A stretch of 64,000 bases of DNA from Lepidodermella squamata (Eukaryota > Animalia > Gastrotricha). Within the stretch, counting starts at the first letter, position 1; every line of letters begins with the position of its first letter. The notes beneath the pieces are model-generated. The model searched no databases. It was not told the origin of the DNA and worked only from the letters and a program-made list of their open reading frames with translations. Positions 52,456 to 64,000 of this stretch are shown here, piece by piece. Both the position numbers and the translations under genes were made by a program. The stretch lies in contig JBLDXI010000001.1 in the NCBI GenBank assembly GCA_047495785.1, positions 4,588,001 to 4,652,000 of the forward strand, given 5' to 3'.

Positions 52456-52956
52456 TTATTTATTTATTTATTTTTATTTAAGAGCCATTCATCCGTTTTT
52501 GGAAAAAGTTGGAAAGCTCAGCTGTAAAAAAAGATAATGGATTAGTTAGGGTTTGATCAAGCTGTACACAAAATTAGGTAGTTATAAAACATCGTGTAAC
52601 TTATATGTCTAAAAAAGAAAAAAGCTCAGTTTAACAACAAAGAAAACAATGTTAGTTTGTACGATCAATATAAAAATATAACAATTAAGATGCTTGTCTT
52701 CAGGTTTCCGGCTACGGTACAAGAGTTAAGTTCTTTTTGTTGTGTTAGCAGGTGACGGTAAACCAAGTTTCTGCATTGGTCGGCAGTTTTGGATGTGCGG
52801 ATGTGGTCGGGGAGAGAATTCCAAAATACCGATCCATGGTCGCTGACTTGGTCCTGGGCACCTCCAGGATGTTTGAGAGTGCTTTCAGGGCGTTTTGCTT
52901 ACGGGTAGAAGCCATTGGTGCGGTTCGGAGTTTGAAGAAGTTGGCTATGGCTACCG
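52456..52956 (-). mobile_element. Second, shorter 5'-truncated copy of the same LINE
   Basis: Reverse complement matches about 27805-28329, including VAIANFFKLRTAPMASTRKQNALK, the 3'UTR and the (TAAA)n tail. Confidence 0.92.
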
Positions 52957-53881
52957 TCATGTTCTCTATTGAACATAGAGTACAACAGCCTATTAGACCG
53001 CTCGTCTATTGGTAACAATTTAAAATTTAACTTTACAAAGTCAGTTTTGGCATGAGACGTACAAAGGACGCCGCGGCTTCGAAGCTTCCATTACATGCGC
53101 GATGCAGTGTAAAGATGTGTTGATCTCGTTGATCTTAAGCAACAAATAAGCTCAAGATATTTTAAGATGAGTGCAAAAAGTGTAATGAGATGATTCATTG
53201 GTCGAGCTGGAACTTTGGACCTCATTGAAAACACGCCTTTCTGATTTTCTGCAAGCGGCGGCATCTTATATTACGCCTCATGAGTTTTGGGGGCGAACCC
53301 AGCTTAGTATATATTCTTGTCCTACCTAATTTGTTAGCCTTCTGCGAACGATCGTTTTAGTGAATAAGTTGAGCATTCCGAGATATGTTCCCGGTTGATC
53401 GAGCCATCGGCCATCGGTATAGGGTTTTAAAATAAAAAATACATGGCCCGCTAATGCTCTCTGCGCCCGAAGGTATAGGTATATGAACTACGCAGAATTC
53501 GCCAATCCTTTCTCAGCGATAGAGAAAATTACTTCTGTGGGAGAACTTGTTACGCTCGGAACATTTTTAATGGAATATTGAGAGACTTTTCAAAGCATTA
53601 CCAGTTTAAATGTTCTGGTGGAACTTGTGGAAATGGGAAGCTATAGCTCTGATTTCACAAGGCATGCGAAAATTCAAGTAGGTCCCAATTTTTTAATATC
53701 AGCACAAATTTTATTTAGATGTATTACGATGATGCATACGACAAGGTGATACTCCATTACAATTGAGATATCAGTGTAAGTATACTAATGTACAGTAATA
53801 ATTACATATATTAAGTTCAGTGCTTGTTAGAGGAACGCAAGCTTTGTAGTTTGAGGCCAAGCCCAGCTCATCGGTTGACTG

Positions 53882-54257
53882 TTAGTTTAACCTATTCCTT
53901 CCGGAGCTACAACGAGTCCCAATGAAGTCAGGTCGATGCAGTGGTTTCTTTTTCAAGCATCTTCGAATTTTCTGCTAAAATCAAAGCTCAATAAAGAAAA
54001 TGTTCAGAGACTAACAAGGCGAAACTAACCATCCGCTTACAAACAGTGAAACACATTGAGCGAGTGAGCTGATCCAAAGCTTTAGTGGCCATAGCTTCCA
54101 CTTCCATCAGCTCATCATCAGTGAGGCTATGCAGTGCGGTGGGATAAGCGTCGAGGATCATCGCAGTTTCACTGTCAGGCCAAAAGGGCAGCGAAAAGGT
54201 CCGAACCACCAGAGAAGCAAAAATGACCAATGGGAAAAGTATCATAATCCAGCGCAT
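53882..54257 (-). CDS. Secreted 4-Cys family member D2; intron 54029-53975
   Basis: CFTVCKRM|QKIRRCLKKKPLHRPDFIGTRCSSGRNRLN*; shares DDELMEVEAMATKALDQLTR with D1. Confidence 0.85.
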
Positions 54258-55290
54258 TTTAAGCCAAAAGCAGGCAGTCGAAATGCTTTTGCAATTTATT
54301 CGTGCCGTTTAAATACAAGAAAAATGTCCCGTGACAGCATGAGACGATTGCGAAATCGAATCATATCACTTAAAACTGAGTTAAATGATTATGATTGTCA
54401 GGCCATTATACACCAAACACAAATTATGACGGGTATGTGAGTCTAATTGAAATTATCATCTTCTTATAGTATTATGCAACTAGTACCAAATCAAGTTGTC
54501 GGAAAGGCGCTGATTCTTCTGTCACAGTGTATTTGATTTGCTTGGATTTATGCATGTCCATATTCCTAATTTGGGCCATTTTTGATGAAAAGGCCCTTGT
54601 TAAGGACAATTACCTGCTGTTTAGTACATATATCTGAGGTTTTTCAGTCACTTATTTTTTGAGAGTGTCTCCAATGTTGTTCAACTGTCTCATCTAATTG
54701 GCAGTTGATCCAATTTTTGTTGCGTTAGACATTAGACGTCGCTCTTAATTATCTAATCTACATCCGCTGAATCTGCTGAAATCAGCGGGAAATTCTGATG
54801 CCGTTCCAGACCATTTCTAGAGCAAAAACCCGTTAGCTGACTCCTTGACCATCTTGAAATATTTTTTACATTATACGAGCTGGGTATACAAGCTAGAGGG
54901 TTTCCATTGTCGAGGTGGCGCCCTTCATCTGCCCCAAATTAACCACTGACCCTAGTTGGAAGATACTCCATAGACATAGACGAGTTGATGTGGCGATTTT
55001 GGTCAAACATCACGGCAGCACATCATCAAGGTAAACACTGAATGCACCGAATGCATTTACGCTAATGATATATGATTATATGATTTTCAAGGCTTCCATT
55101 GTTTATTGAAATCTTTGAACGAACGAACCAAACTTGTCCTCGTTCAAATTTCTGCAATTGCGTAACTAAGTGTCACGGCTAATTTCGTGGAAAAGCGAAT
55201 GTCTGTCAACAGGCAAGAGACAAGTAATTACAGAATTTATACTGATTCTCGGAATGCGTAGAGCGTCACATTTCGAGTAGCTTTTTCAAA

Positions 55291-55640
55291 ATGAGCGCAG
55301 AGTTTACGATAACTTTGATTTGGAATGTTGCAATGGCATCAGGGCTCGCACGCGGCGACATCGATGCTTTCGAGCGTGAACTTCGCTACTTGCAGTTGAA
55401 TTTCGAGTCTTTAGGTGAAGCTCAGATCGACGGCTTGGTATCAGTGGCTTTTCAAGGTCTGGAGATGGTTATTCGTGCTCGGGGGTCTAGCTGGGCACCT
55501 CGGTGACGTCAAGGTCAAGGACTACACCTGAAACCCTAAGCTGACAAAATTATCAGACCATTGTGACGCCGAAATTGCGTCTCATGAAAAATCTGAAAAT
55601 TAAAACTCGTCGTTCTTGCAGCAAAATCGGCTAATTTTTT
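55291..55640 (+). pseudogene. Degenerate 4-Cys family member E1
   Basis: Signal-like start and LGEAQIDGLVSVAFQGLE (compare A2 LNEAELSEIEALAFAGLD). Cys region broken by stops and frameshifts (RNCVS*, EKSEN*). Confidence 0.55.
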
Positions 55641-57024
55641 GCCTACTGTCCTCATTTACCAAACCATCCTCGAATACAAAAATTCAGCCTGTAAGACCTA
55701 TTCCTGCAGGCTGCTCTATTGTTAGATTTTATTTTGCGACGCAATTTCGGCGTCTTAGCATGTTTCGATTAATAAGGCATAACTTTATTGAAAGCGCTTT
55801 TATTCTTCTATCTTTAAAATTCTTTTGCAACGTTTCGACGTTATTCTCAACGTCATCTTCAGGCATCTTCAGGCATTTCGGCGTCACTATGACAATTGGC
55901 GTCGATTGTGAAAAGCTCAATAAAAACTGCCTCGTCTATTAGCTGCATTTTAATATGAATTACTGTTTATTGAATTTATCTGTGATAATCGCAATCCACC
56001 AAGTTGTAACATTGAAAGTGCTGCGATTCATGATATAAATATTGACGCCGAAATCGATTCTAGGGAGAAGTTTCCACGGGGGTAAGGGAAGGGAAGGGGA
56101 AACAACCAGCCCTAGCGTTAGGATTTTTCAGAATTTTCCCCCATTTTTCCCCCATGAAACGTAAGGTTCCCCCATAAGGTATGGACTATATAAAATTGAC
56201 TCGATTTACACCCCTGAAAGCTGGCTAACAGTATTAACCATATGTTTCTATAGTTGGAAAACAGGCTTTTCTCTCAATATCAGGGTCATCATTAACCTTA
56301 ATTGCTGCATTTTCTTTGAGATTCTGCAAAAAGTTTGACGCCGGAAGTGACTGGATTTCAGATTTGGCATTTGTCACTATTGCGCCGAGTTAGTACAGTA
56401 CTTAGGTGGGCAGTCCACTGTCTACTTCATGATCTGTTTTCATGATCCAGTGTCTAGTGTCCTATCTCGGAAATAAAATTACCCCTAACCTAAACACGCG
56501 ACTATTCAACGAAATTTGATTTACTGTTTATAGATCCAAATAATTGAGAGCTTTCAGTTTCAGTTGAAACACAAATTGATTGTAACGTAATATCTCCCCT
56601 GATGTTCTGTCTCCGGAAGTAGAGCTTATTGCCAACAACGTATTGTACATGCTTACAACGTTATTATACATCGTATCTAAAACCGAACAGGACAATATTC
56701 CGCAAATATTGAGGTATGCGACGCTGAGAGTCAGTCATTCTCTTGGCCGAAAGCAGACAACAGAGAGAAGAAAAGCGTGTGTAGGGTGTTTTTTTTATTT
56801 ACGAGAAGTAAGAAGAAGGAAGTGTAGAAGAAGGTTAAATTACCGAAGTTGCATGTCAGGTCTTAATCTGATCGTTAGTGCATTTAGTTTGATAAAATTT
56901 TCGCCCAAGGAGACGCACGCCAAGAAAAAACAGAAAACAGAAAGAAGAAAGGTGCCCAGAACGAAGGATTTCGCGAGAAAGCTGGAACAATCGCGTTTCT
57001 CGCATCTGACATTTACACCTTGCG

Positions 57025-57270
57025 CACCTTGCATACGTAACTGTCACCTCTGCGACACGATTCCGGTCATGGCTTAGACCCATCCATGGTGGAATCGCGT
57101 CAATGCGCACTCAAGCATGACATGCACGGCATGTATTGGTAAGCCATAGCGGAATTGAAATCAATTAAGACTCAGTTAACTGATATTCCACCATGGCTTA
57201 CCAATTCATGCCACTCCATAAGCCATGACCGGAATCATGTCGCAGAGGTGGCAATTATGTGTGCAAGGTG
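57025..57270. repeat. Nested foldback (MITE-like) element
   Basis: About 50-bp outer arms 57025-57076 / 57219-57270 and inner arms 57128-57155 / 57185-57212. Confidence 0.75.
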
Positions 57271-57719
57271 TGATTTGTCCATATGCAGCAGGCCATAGTG
57301 GACGTCGGTTTAAATCCACGTTCGGCACCTGGGCCTGCACCTAACGCCGCTCCTATCTCCTATCATGGTCGACACATCTCGACGTCATCTCATCAAAGAT
57401 CCGACACACCATATGGCCTTTGCCGAGCAAAATAATTTCCAAAAGAAAATTGAGTTTTGTTTTATCAGACCCTTACAGAACCGGTGTTGCTGTATGGTGC
57501 CCCGGCCTGGTACTGCATGAGCTCTTCAGCCCTGAGTCGCCTTGTAGACCTTCAGTTCGGAAAATGTTACCGTCTTATTTATCATGACCATTTTGTTCTC
57601 TATATGTCGCAGGTCGCAGGGGTTAATGTGTCATGAAAATCCCAGCACTTGAATCTCCGCATATCAGACTAGTGCAAGTATTGCTTTTATTTAAAGCTTT
57701 TATTTGCTTTGTAAGTCTG

Positions 57720-58012
57720 AACGAGTAAATTGAAAATAGGGCCGATATAGGACGCTCCCATGCACTTGCCGAGATCAGACCATGAGCATATCACTTATCA
57801 CTGCCGCATCTTGGCGTCGTCTGTCGTGGCTCCATTCATCTCCAAACCTTGAAGGGCTGCAGCAAGCCGTCACGTTGAGTCTCATTCAACGAATCCAAGT
57901 TCAAAATTAGAGATCGGAGCTCCCGCTCGAAACCATTGATGTTGCTTGGCGTCAGGCCTGAGGCTACGGCGACAATTAAAATTAAAGATATGAAATAGTC
58001 TGAATCGCTCAT
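57720..58012 (-). pseudogene. Frameshifted 4-Cys family member E2 (paralog of E1)
   Basis: MSDSDYFISLILIVAVASGLTPSNINGFERELRSLILNLDSLNETQRDGL, then a frameshift into ALQGLEM; matches E1 (FERELR, QGLEM). Confidence 0.65.
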
Positions 58013-58690
58013 TTCAATAAAATTGAATAAAATCGCTCATTCAGTATGACACTTTTGGATTTCAAATTATGATAATAGAACATCTTATACCTTGTAATGG
58101 ACCTATAGATGGACAACTGAACTGAGGTTCCATTGCATCAACCCTAATTAAATGTAATAGGGTCTTTTCCCCTCAGTTTTAGAGATATTATTTTACTGAG
58201 ACGTGCTAAAAATAATTTTTCGAAAATGAGAACGGCGCTGCGCTACTGGCCCTAAAGTCCTGCTCCTTGCATAAAACCTGGAAAATTTCCCATGTACACA
58301 GTGTAGAATAACTCGGATTTAGGCTTGTTTATGTCACTTTTTAGGTGATAGGCGACGAGTAAAAAGTTGCCTTTCTGCGTGATAAAGAGGCAAAAGCAAA
58401 TGACTTTTCGCTCATGTCACCTTTCACTGCGAAACCTACATACAAGCCTAAAAGCGAATATCTCAACGACGCTAACGATAGCTATAGTTAGGAAACCAAC
58501 AGGATCCCAGGCTGAAAAAATCGGTATAAATTTAAATAAGGTGAGCCATGTTGGACGACTGGGAATGGCGAAGGCTATTAGTGGTCACTGTTTGCTAGTA
58601 ATTTTGTGGGCTATGGAGTGGCAGAGAAGGCTATAACTATTGTTATCCTAATATATTCTGTTGCTGTAGCAACGGAAGACTTTTTGAATA

Positions 58691-59036
58691 CCGTACTGCC
58701 CGGAACAAAAACCATGACATTTGTTTTTTTTCAAACGCTGATGAACCCCTGACATTTATTTATTCGAACCAACTAGTAACTTGCCTGGGTACCAAAATGG
58801 CATATATTTTCCTGAGATCCTGCGTATTTTGACCCAAAAAATTGGTCACTGACCTTTCTATAATCCAAGAGTAGAAATTATCTCCATTCAGAATGGCTAT
58901 AATGACCTTATTAGTGATCTTCAGTATAGTCCCTGCAGTTGACCTGACATTTATTTCGGGCTTGACATTTATTATTTCGAACGACCTCTAACCTCTGGCA
59001 TTTATTTGAGGCTGGCTTTTTTTTCGAGCAGTACGG
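58691..59036. mobile_element. MITE with pogo-type ends and TA duplication
   Basis: TA|CCGTACTGCCCGGAAC ... TTTTCGAGCAGTACGG|TA; internal TGACATTTATT repeats. Confidence 0.75.
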
Positions 59037-59941
59037 TAGCCTGCGAGGCCATTCATGCGGACAGTAGGCAAAAATACGTCGGTCTGGCAACCAAAATTAC
59101 ACACAAACTACGAATCAGCTACGAACCATTCGAGAAGGCGTAGATGGAATATTAAATAGAATTGGCGTAGAATTAAATGAAATCTGCCAAGTTTCAATAA
59201 TTCAAACCGGCTAATCATGGGCGTGAAAGCCCAAGCATGAATTAGGTTCCCCAAGTTGTACGGTACTGAGTTTTCTCAATACTGATTTTACAAGAATATT
59301 TCACGAGATAATTGAAGATAATTGTATGATAATTGAATCACTGGCTTGCTAAAATGCGCTATTTTCAGCCAACGTGAACATTCCATGAAAGATGGCCGCG
59401 ATAACAATGGCTAACGTATAATTTCATCATCCCTGCCTGTTCCATCGGTTATACTTCGATATATGCTTCAGCTAAATAGTAGAGCTTTTCGGCGTGCGTC
59501 GATTGGTCAATCGATCGTTGCTATGACCGACGCTGTTAATCAGCAAGTATTTATTATCCCATATAGGCAGCGGCAGCAGACCGAGTATTACACAAATTAG
59601 CGACTGATTCCTTTATAAATTTAATTAGCGTTGCTCCGAATTCCCGTGAACGTTTGTCGCCTTAATGCAATATCCGTGTTCGTAATTTGGGCCGCGTTTG
59701 ATGGAAGTGCTTTGATCAGTTTCCTGCCACGAGGTACTAATCGGATGTTTTGTCTCAGTCTTTCAGTAATTGGAAGTCGTCTCGATTTATTGTTGTTAAA
59801 TATGCTCATTTTGATCATCATTAATTAAGAGTTCGCCATCACGTAATACCTAATCGATGTCCGCATAATACGAAACGATAACGAATCGAAAAGCTTTTTA
59901 CTAATCAGAATTTTCGAATTTTCAAGGCACGGAAATTTTCC

Positions 59942-60355
59942 TCATTTAGGAAGATCTGTGACATCGAAAGAATCAGTAACAACTATGCGACTGTGTCGGC
60001 CACCTTTGCCGCGCTGATGTTTCTTCGCCTTCCTTGAAGCTACTCCTGTTAGCCACTGTTGACCATTTGATGCTTGTGGACCAGCCCTATTGAACTGTTC
60101 CAGGTCTGCGACGAGTTTCGTTCGAATTGCTCTGCTAATAGAGGAGAGCTTACTTAGCATTGCTGCAGCGTGGCTGTAAGAACCAGGCATTGAACTAGTG
60201 TGATCAGTTGTTGAAATGAGTTCTTCATGTTCAGCTGCTGTTGTCTCGCTGTTCAGATCGTAAAGAAATCCCAGTGCTGCACCGGATAGCGGAAGCCAGG
60301 TAGAAGTGAGAAGGAAAACAATTATCATTATTTCGAATATTATTTTCGATTGCAT
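59942..60355 (-). CDS. Secreted linear-peptide precursor F3
   Basis: Signal peptide, GFLYDLNSE, QQWL, basic cluster, SRIVVTDSFDVTDLPK*; TATATA about 40 bp upstream of the ATG. Confidence 0.85.
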   Translation of the reverse strand: MQSKIIFEIMIIVFLLTSTWLPLSGAALGFLYDLNSETTAAEHEELISTTDHTSSMPGSYSHAAAMLSKLSSISRAIRTKLVADLEQFNRAGPQASNGQQWLTGVASRKAKKHQRGKGGRHSRIVVTDSFDVTDLPK

Positions 60356-63300
60356 TTTCGAGCTTTTTACTAATCTCACGGAACCACTCAGCTTATATAT
60401 ATATATTTGTTCAATTATCGCCCTGTTAGCTTTGACAGTTCGGGGCCGATTGAAGAGGTTCAAGTTCGATGGTAACTAGGGCCATACTTGTCACTTTTAT
60501 CTAGCTATATTTGTTTGCCAATTCCTCGTAATTTGAAAACATGGGTTGATAGCTCAGTCTCAAAATGTCTCCTATGACGTAGAATGTAATTTCGTATTCC
60601 GGACCTATGTCTTAATGAGTTGTCGGCTTTTAACTTTTCTGTCACACTCGAATCAAAGTGCTGGCAGTTAGCCCAAAGTCATTGAAGCGTTTAATTCGAT
60701 TCCCCTTTGTAGTCATTCACCTATTCAGCCTATGATTCAGCATGCTACAAGCCGTTCGGCTCTTGTTCTATGGCAAGAAGAGGTTTTAAATGTTGACTTC
60801 ACCAAATCAAATGATGTATTTTCCCAATATTGAAACCATGACTGGAAAAACCACAGACACTTTTGATGTTGCCAGGAATTATTAGCCCCAGTGGTCCGAG
60901 AACGGTATGTACTTTTTGAAAAGGTACAGAGAGCTTAGGTGCGGACCTGGACACTTCAAACAGCGAGCTTCAGCTGGCGGTATTTCTTGAAGATTTTGGC
61001 TGAATTAGTCTATTATTGCTTCAAAATTGTATGTTTACCATAAATTGCGTCGACAAATAATGTTAAAAGTCAAAGGCACTTTTCCTCGACAGCTATGCAT
61101 CTAATCATAGAACTGACGGCACCGTTGGATTGAGCGCAAAATTCGGCATTATTTTATGTTACACGTTAGGATTTGAAGCAAAATTAAGTGATTTGCAATA
61201 AAGCAAGACTTCGCAAGACTTCGCACCCCAAATCATCTCGAGATCGGTGATCTTGAGGAAATTCTGAAAAAGGAAGGGAAACAGCATTCACACATTCACA
61301 CAGCATAATTTCCTAATTTAAGAGATCGAGGTGATCGACTTGTTACTTGGTGAAAAATATTGATTCCTGTCGAGTTTCCCCTAGAAAGCCACAGTTCTCG
61401 ACGTCTATTCCACAAAAAAAATGCGATTCTAACAGTTTCAAAATAACAAACATTTTCAAAAATATCCAGCTCCAAGGGGGTGAGCTTATCCCCTTCGGAG
61501 TTTCATCGTAGCTCTCTGGGGGATCATTCTCCCCCTTACCCCCAGGTCTCGGAACACTGATTAGCCCACTCAAATAGGTTGCCGTGGTTTCCAAACAGAA
61601 AAGAAATAATATGATTTGCAATCCAGAATGTCGGGTGATAGAATAACAGCAGATCGCCGTCTAACGAGTCATTTTTTCGATAGGGTTAACATCACTTCAT
61701 ACCAGGCTGGATTCAACTGAGCAAGATCTGGTCGCATCTCATAGAAATTCTGCATAAATTGCCCGTTACGATCTGGCACCTCTGCTAGTATTGCTAGCAG
61801 ATGTTTAATGCGTTCGACCTTAATAAAGGAGAGGTGAATACATCAATGATTATCAAAAAGACCAACCCGTTTCTGACTTTCGCCGTTTTTAGCCTGAATC
61901 GCAGCTATCGCGTAATGAATTGCTCGCAACTGAGTTTGAATTGCGCCCGGATTTTCCATACTGCTGCTATTGATACCTTTTTAGCCAAGCAAGTTAAAGT
62001 TTAAAGGTAGCTATGCTTTAGACTTTAGACGATCTAGTTAATCACCTTGATAAAACAACGCTGCTTCAACTAACGCAGTTTCATCTCGTGATAAATTGCA
62101 GGATGCAATCATCGATGCAAGCCTGAAACTTTCGGCCACTTTCGTCTGCATAACATTAGAAAGAAATCCACTCGGCATAGAAATAATAGGGAGACTTACT
62201 AGATAGATGGGGAAATGGCTCACCAGGATTGTAATGTTCGCATGACTCATCCCAAATCCAGTTATTCCTCGATGAGTCCGCCAGACCAGAGCAATAGGTC
62301 CATAAGATTTTCCAAACAGCTTGCGGCGATCGTTTAATGTCACTCGTGAAATACCTTGATTTTTATTTTAAAACAATGAATAAATTCCCACACACTGGCG
62401 AACCTGGCAGCTGTTTGACGTAGGACGAACAATTCGCTAGAAATAGGGAGAAGTGCTCCATAGCAGCTGCCCAGCATGCAGAGCTGTTTTCTGTAGGTAG
62501 CTTGATTCCATCGACCTCAAGGGCAGGCTAAATCAAAACGACAGAACGCAAATATATGATGCTCTTTGCTAATAATGGAAGGATGAATTTATTTATGGGT
62601 TAAGCTAGTTATTGTACATAACGAAAATGGCTATTCGCATAAATGTTTTCGTCATGTTGCTGATTGCTGGTGAGTGCGGAGTGCGGAATTTCAAATTCTC
62701 ATTTCATTTTGAATGCATGGTAAATAGTTACGAACGAATAGTCATCCGTATATTTTTTTTTACGAAATTCTCCTTCAGTTTAAGAACAGTTGCGAGCGAA
62801 AGAGATCTCGCAAAACATCGTAAACAATGAAAAGCATGATGCTAGATGCTAAGGTTTCATACATACCCAACAATGTAAGAAAACCTAAGCCTTCTCCTTA
62901 CCGTTGCTAGGGTGGATAAAGACTCATGAGCTGCCAGGATTTTCCCGAGATATCTCTCAGCATTGATCGCGTCCAGGTTTGTCGGGTTTATGGTGGGCCC
63001 TGCAGTAGTGGTTTGTATTTAATTATGAAAGCTGAGTAAATACCTCTCGCTGCCTTGTAAGATTGTTGCTGTCCATCCAGGCACTGGCCGTTCTTCTTGC
63101 CATATCGCATTCCCACACGGTGGCATTTCTTCAAACGACAAGGCGCGCAATTTGCTTGCATGTAAGGGAAGTTTTGGTTTGAATAACATTCCCCGGGTAT
63201 AGCTTTGACGCATGTCACCGAGCCTATTTGACAGTGATATCTTGTGAAAAATTTCTTGCAAGCATCGCAAACTCTCGCGCCATATCGAACGCGCCCGTCA

Positions 63301-64000
63301 GTTTCCAGATCGCAGACCTATCAAAATCACACATGCGATATCAAATATTAAGAAACATTTATAAAAAGAAACCCGACAGCGAAATTCGCGTCTCGAAACG
63401 TCGAAGCACTTTAACGACTCTGCTTGAAACATGGCGGTTTTGAAATGGGGAAATGGAAGCAATGCATGTGTGTATATACCTATCCATATAACATAATAAC
63501 ATGTCCGAATTAGTTTCGATGCTTGTCCGTTATCCATCGTGGCTGTAAGTATGCCAAATCCCTCTGAATTCTTTAAACATACAATTTCCACATCATCAAA
63601 TTCATTCACTTTAGTATCTGTCTATCACAGGACCCCTGCGGAAGACATGTTTTGCACCTGCAGAAGACATTCTGTTCACCTATGGGTAATTATTATATAT
63701 GAGTGTTAATTGGAGACGTTCATAGTTGTTAATTGGATTTGAAAGTTTGTACCTTGGCGTCGTAATCATCAAATCATGACATTTTGTTGGCGCAAATAAT
63801 GACTGGCAATACACTTTATTGGCCGAAAGTAGCCGAAAATTCGGGAATCGAGTTTTAAGCCTCTTCAAATCCAGTCTATGCCAACTATCTCACAGATGCA
63901 CAGACGATAGCACGATACACAGATACCAAGATAGATGCCAAAATACCAAGACATTCACTTTGAGACTGGGTTAACGCACAGGAGACACCCGTTTGAATTG

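Noticed and set aside
11927-54257. 4-Cys family as insulin-like peptides (C-x3-C-x8-C resembles A-chain spacing)
   Set aside because: No CC pair, no B-chain CG motif, no conserved dibasic C-peptide sites, and an extra Cys 15 residues downstream.
62988-63218. Six-Cys minus-strand ORF resembling ShK (YMQANCAPC)
   Set aside because: The spacing does not fit ShKT, and there is no ATG or signal exon. The opposite strand has splice-like signals, so it may be an antisense artefact.
62628-63443. Possible plus-strand secreted gene starting MAIRINVFVMLLIA|gtgagt
   Set aside because: My attempted exon joins hit stop codons, so no consistent model could be built.
1-64000. Assigning the organism (for example ribbon worm, from knottin spacing)
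   Set aside because: ICK spacing is convergent across phyla. A PKD2 or PPP1R3 phylogeny would be needed.

Overview
Eukaryotic DNA from a compact-genome animal: spliceosomal introns of mostly 50-70 nt with GT-AG ends, metazoan gene families, species not determinable. Recognisable genes are polycystin-2 (PKD2), a glycogen-targeting PP1 subunit (RVxF + CBM21), a divergent class C GPCR, C-type lectins and a dispanin-like membrane protein. The main signal appears only after manual splicing: 11.9-60.4 kb is a dense, recently duplicating island of about 22 short secreted-peptide precursor loci from three unrelated families. (1) Four knottin/ICK genes (C-x6-C-x5-CC-x3-C-x5-C). (2) A four-cysteine helical family I cannot assign (C-x3-C-x7/8-C-x15-C): 9 intact genes sharing one phase-0 intron, 2 intronless divergent members, 1 truncated member and 2 pseudogenes. 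(3) A cysteine-free family ending in a conserved IVVT[G/D]SF[D/N]VxDIPK-like peptide: 3 intact genes and 1 pseudogene. Just outside the island are two paralogous secreted coiled-coil/hydrophobic-hairpin proteins with a pore-former-like layout. A gland secretome (venom, defensive mucus or seminal/pheromone) is an inference, not shown. Mobile DNA includes a deleted pogo-type transposon, TTAA- and TA-flanked MITEs, and two 5'-truncated LINE copies, one inside a knottin intron. All exon boundaries were read by eye.
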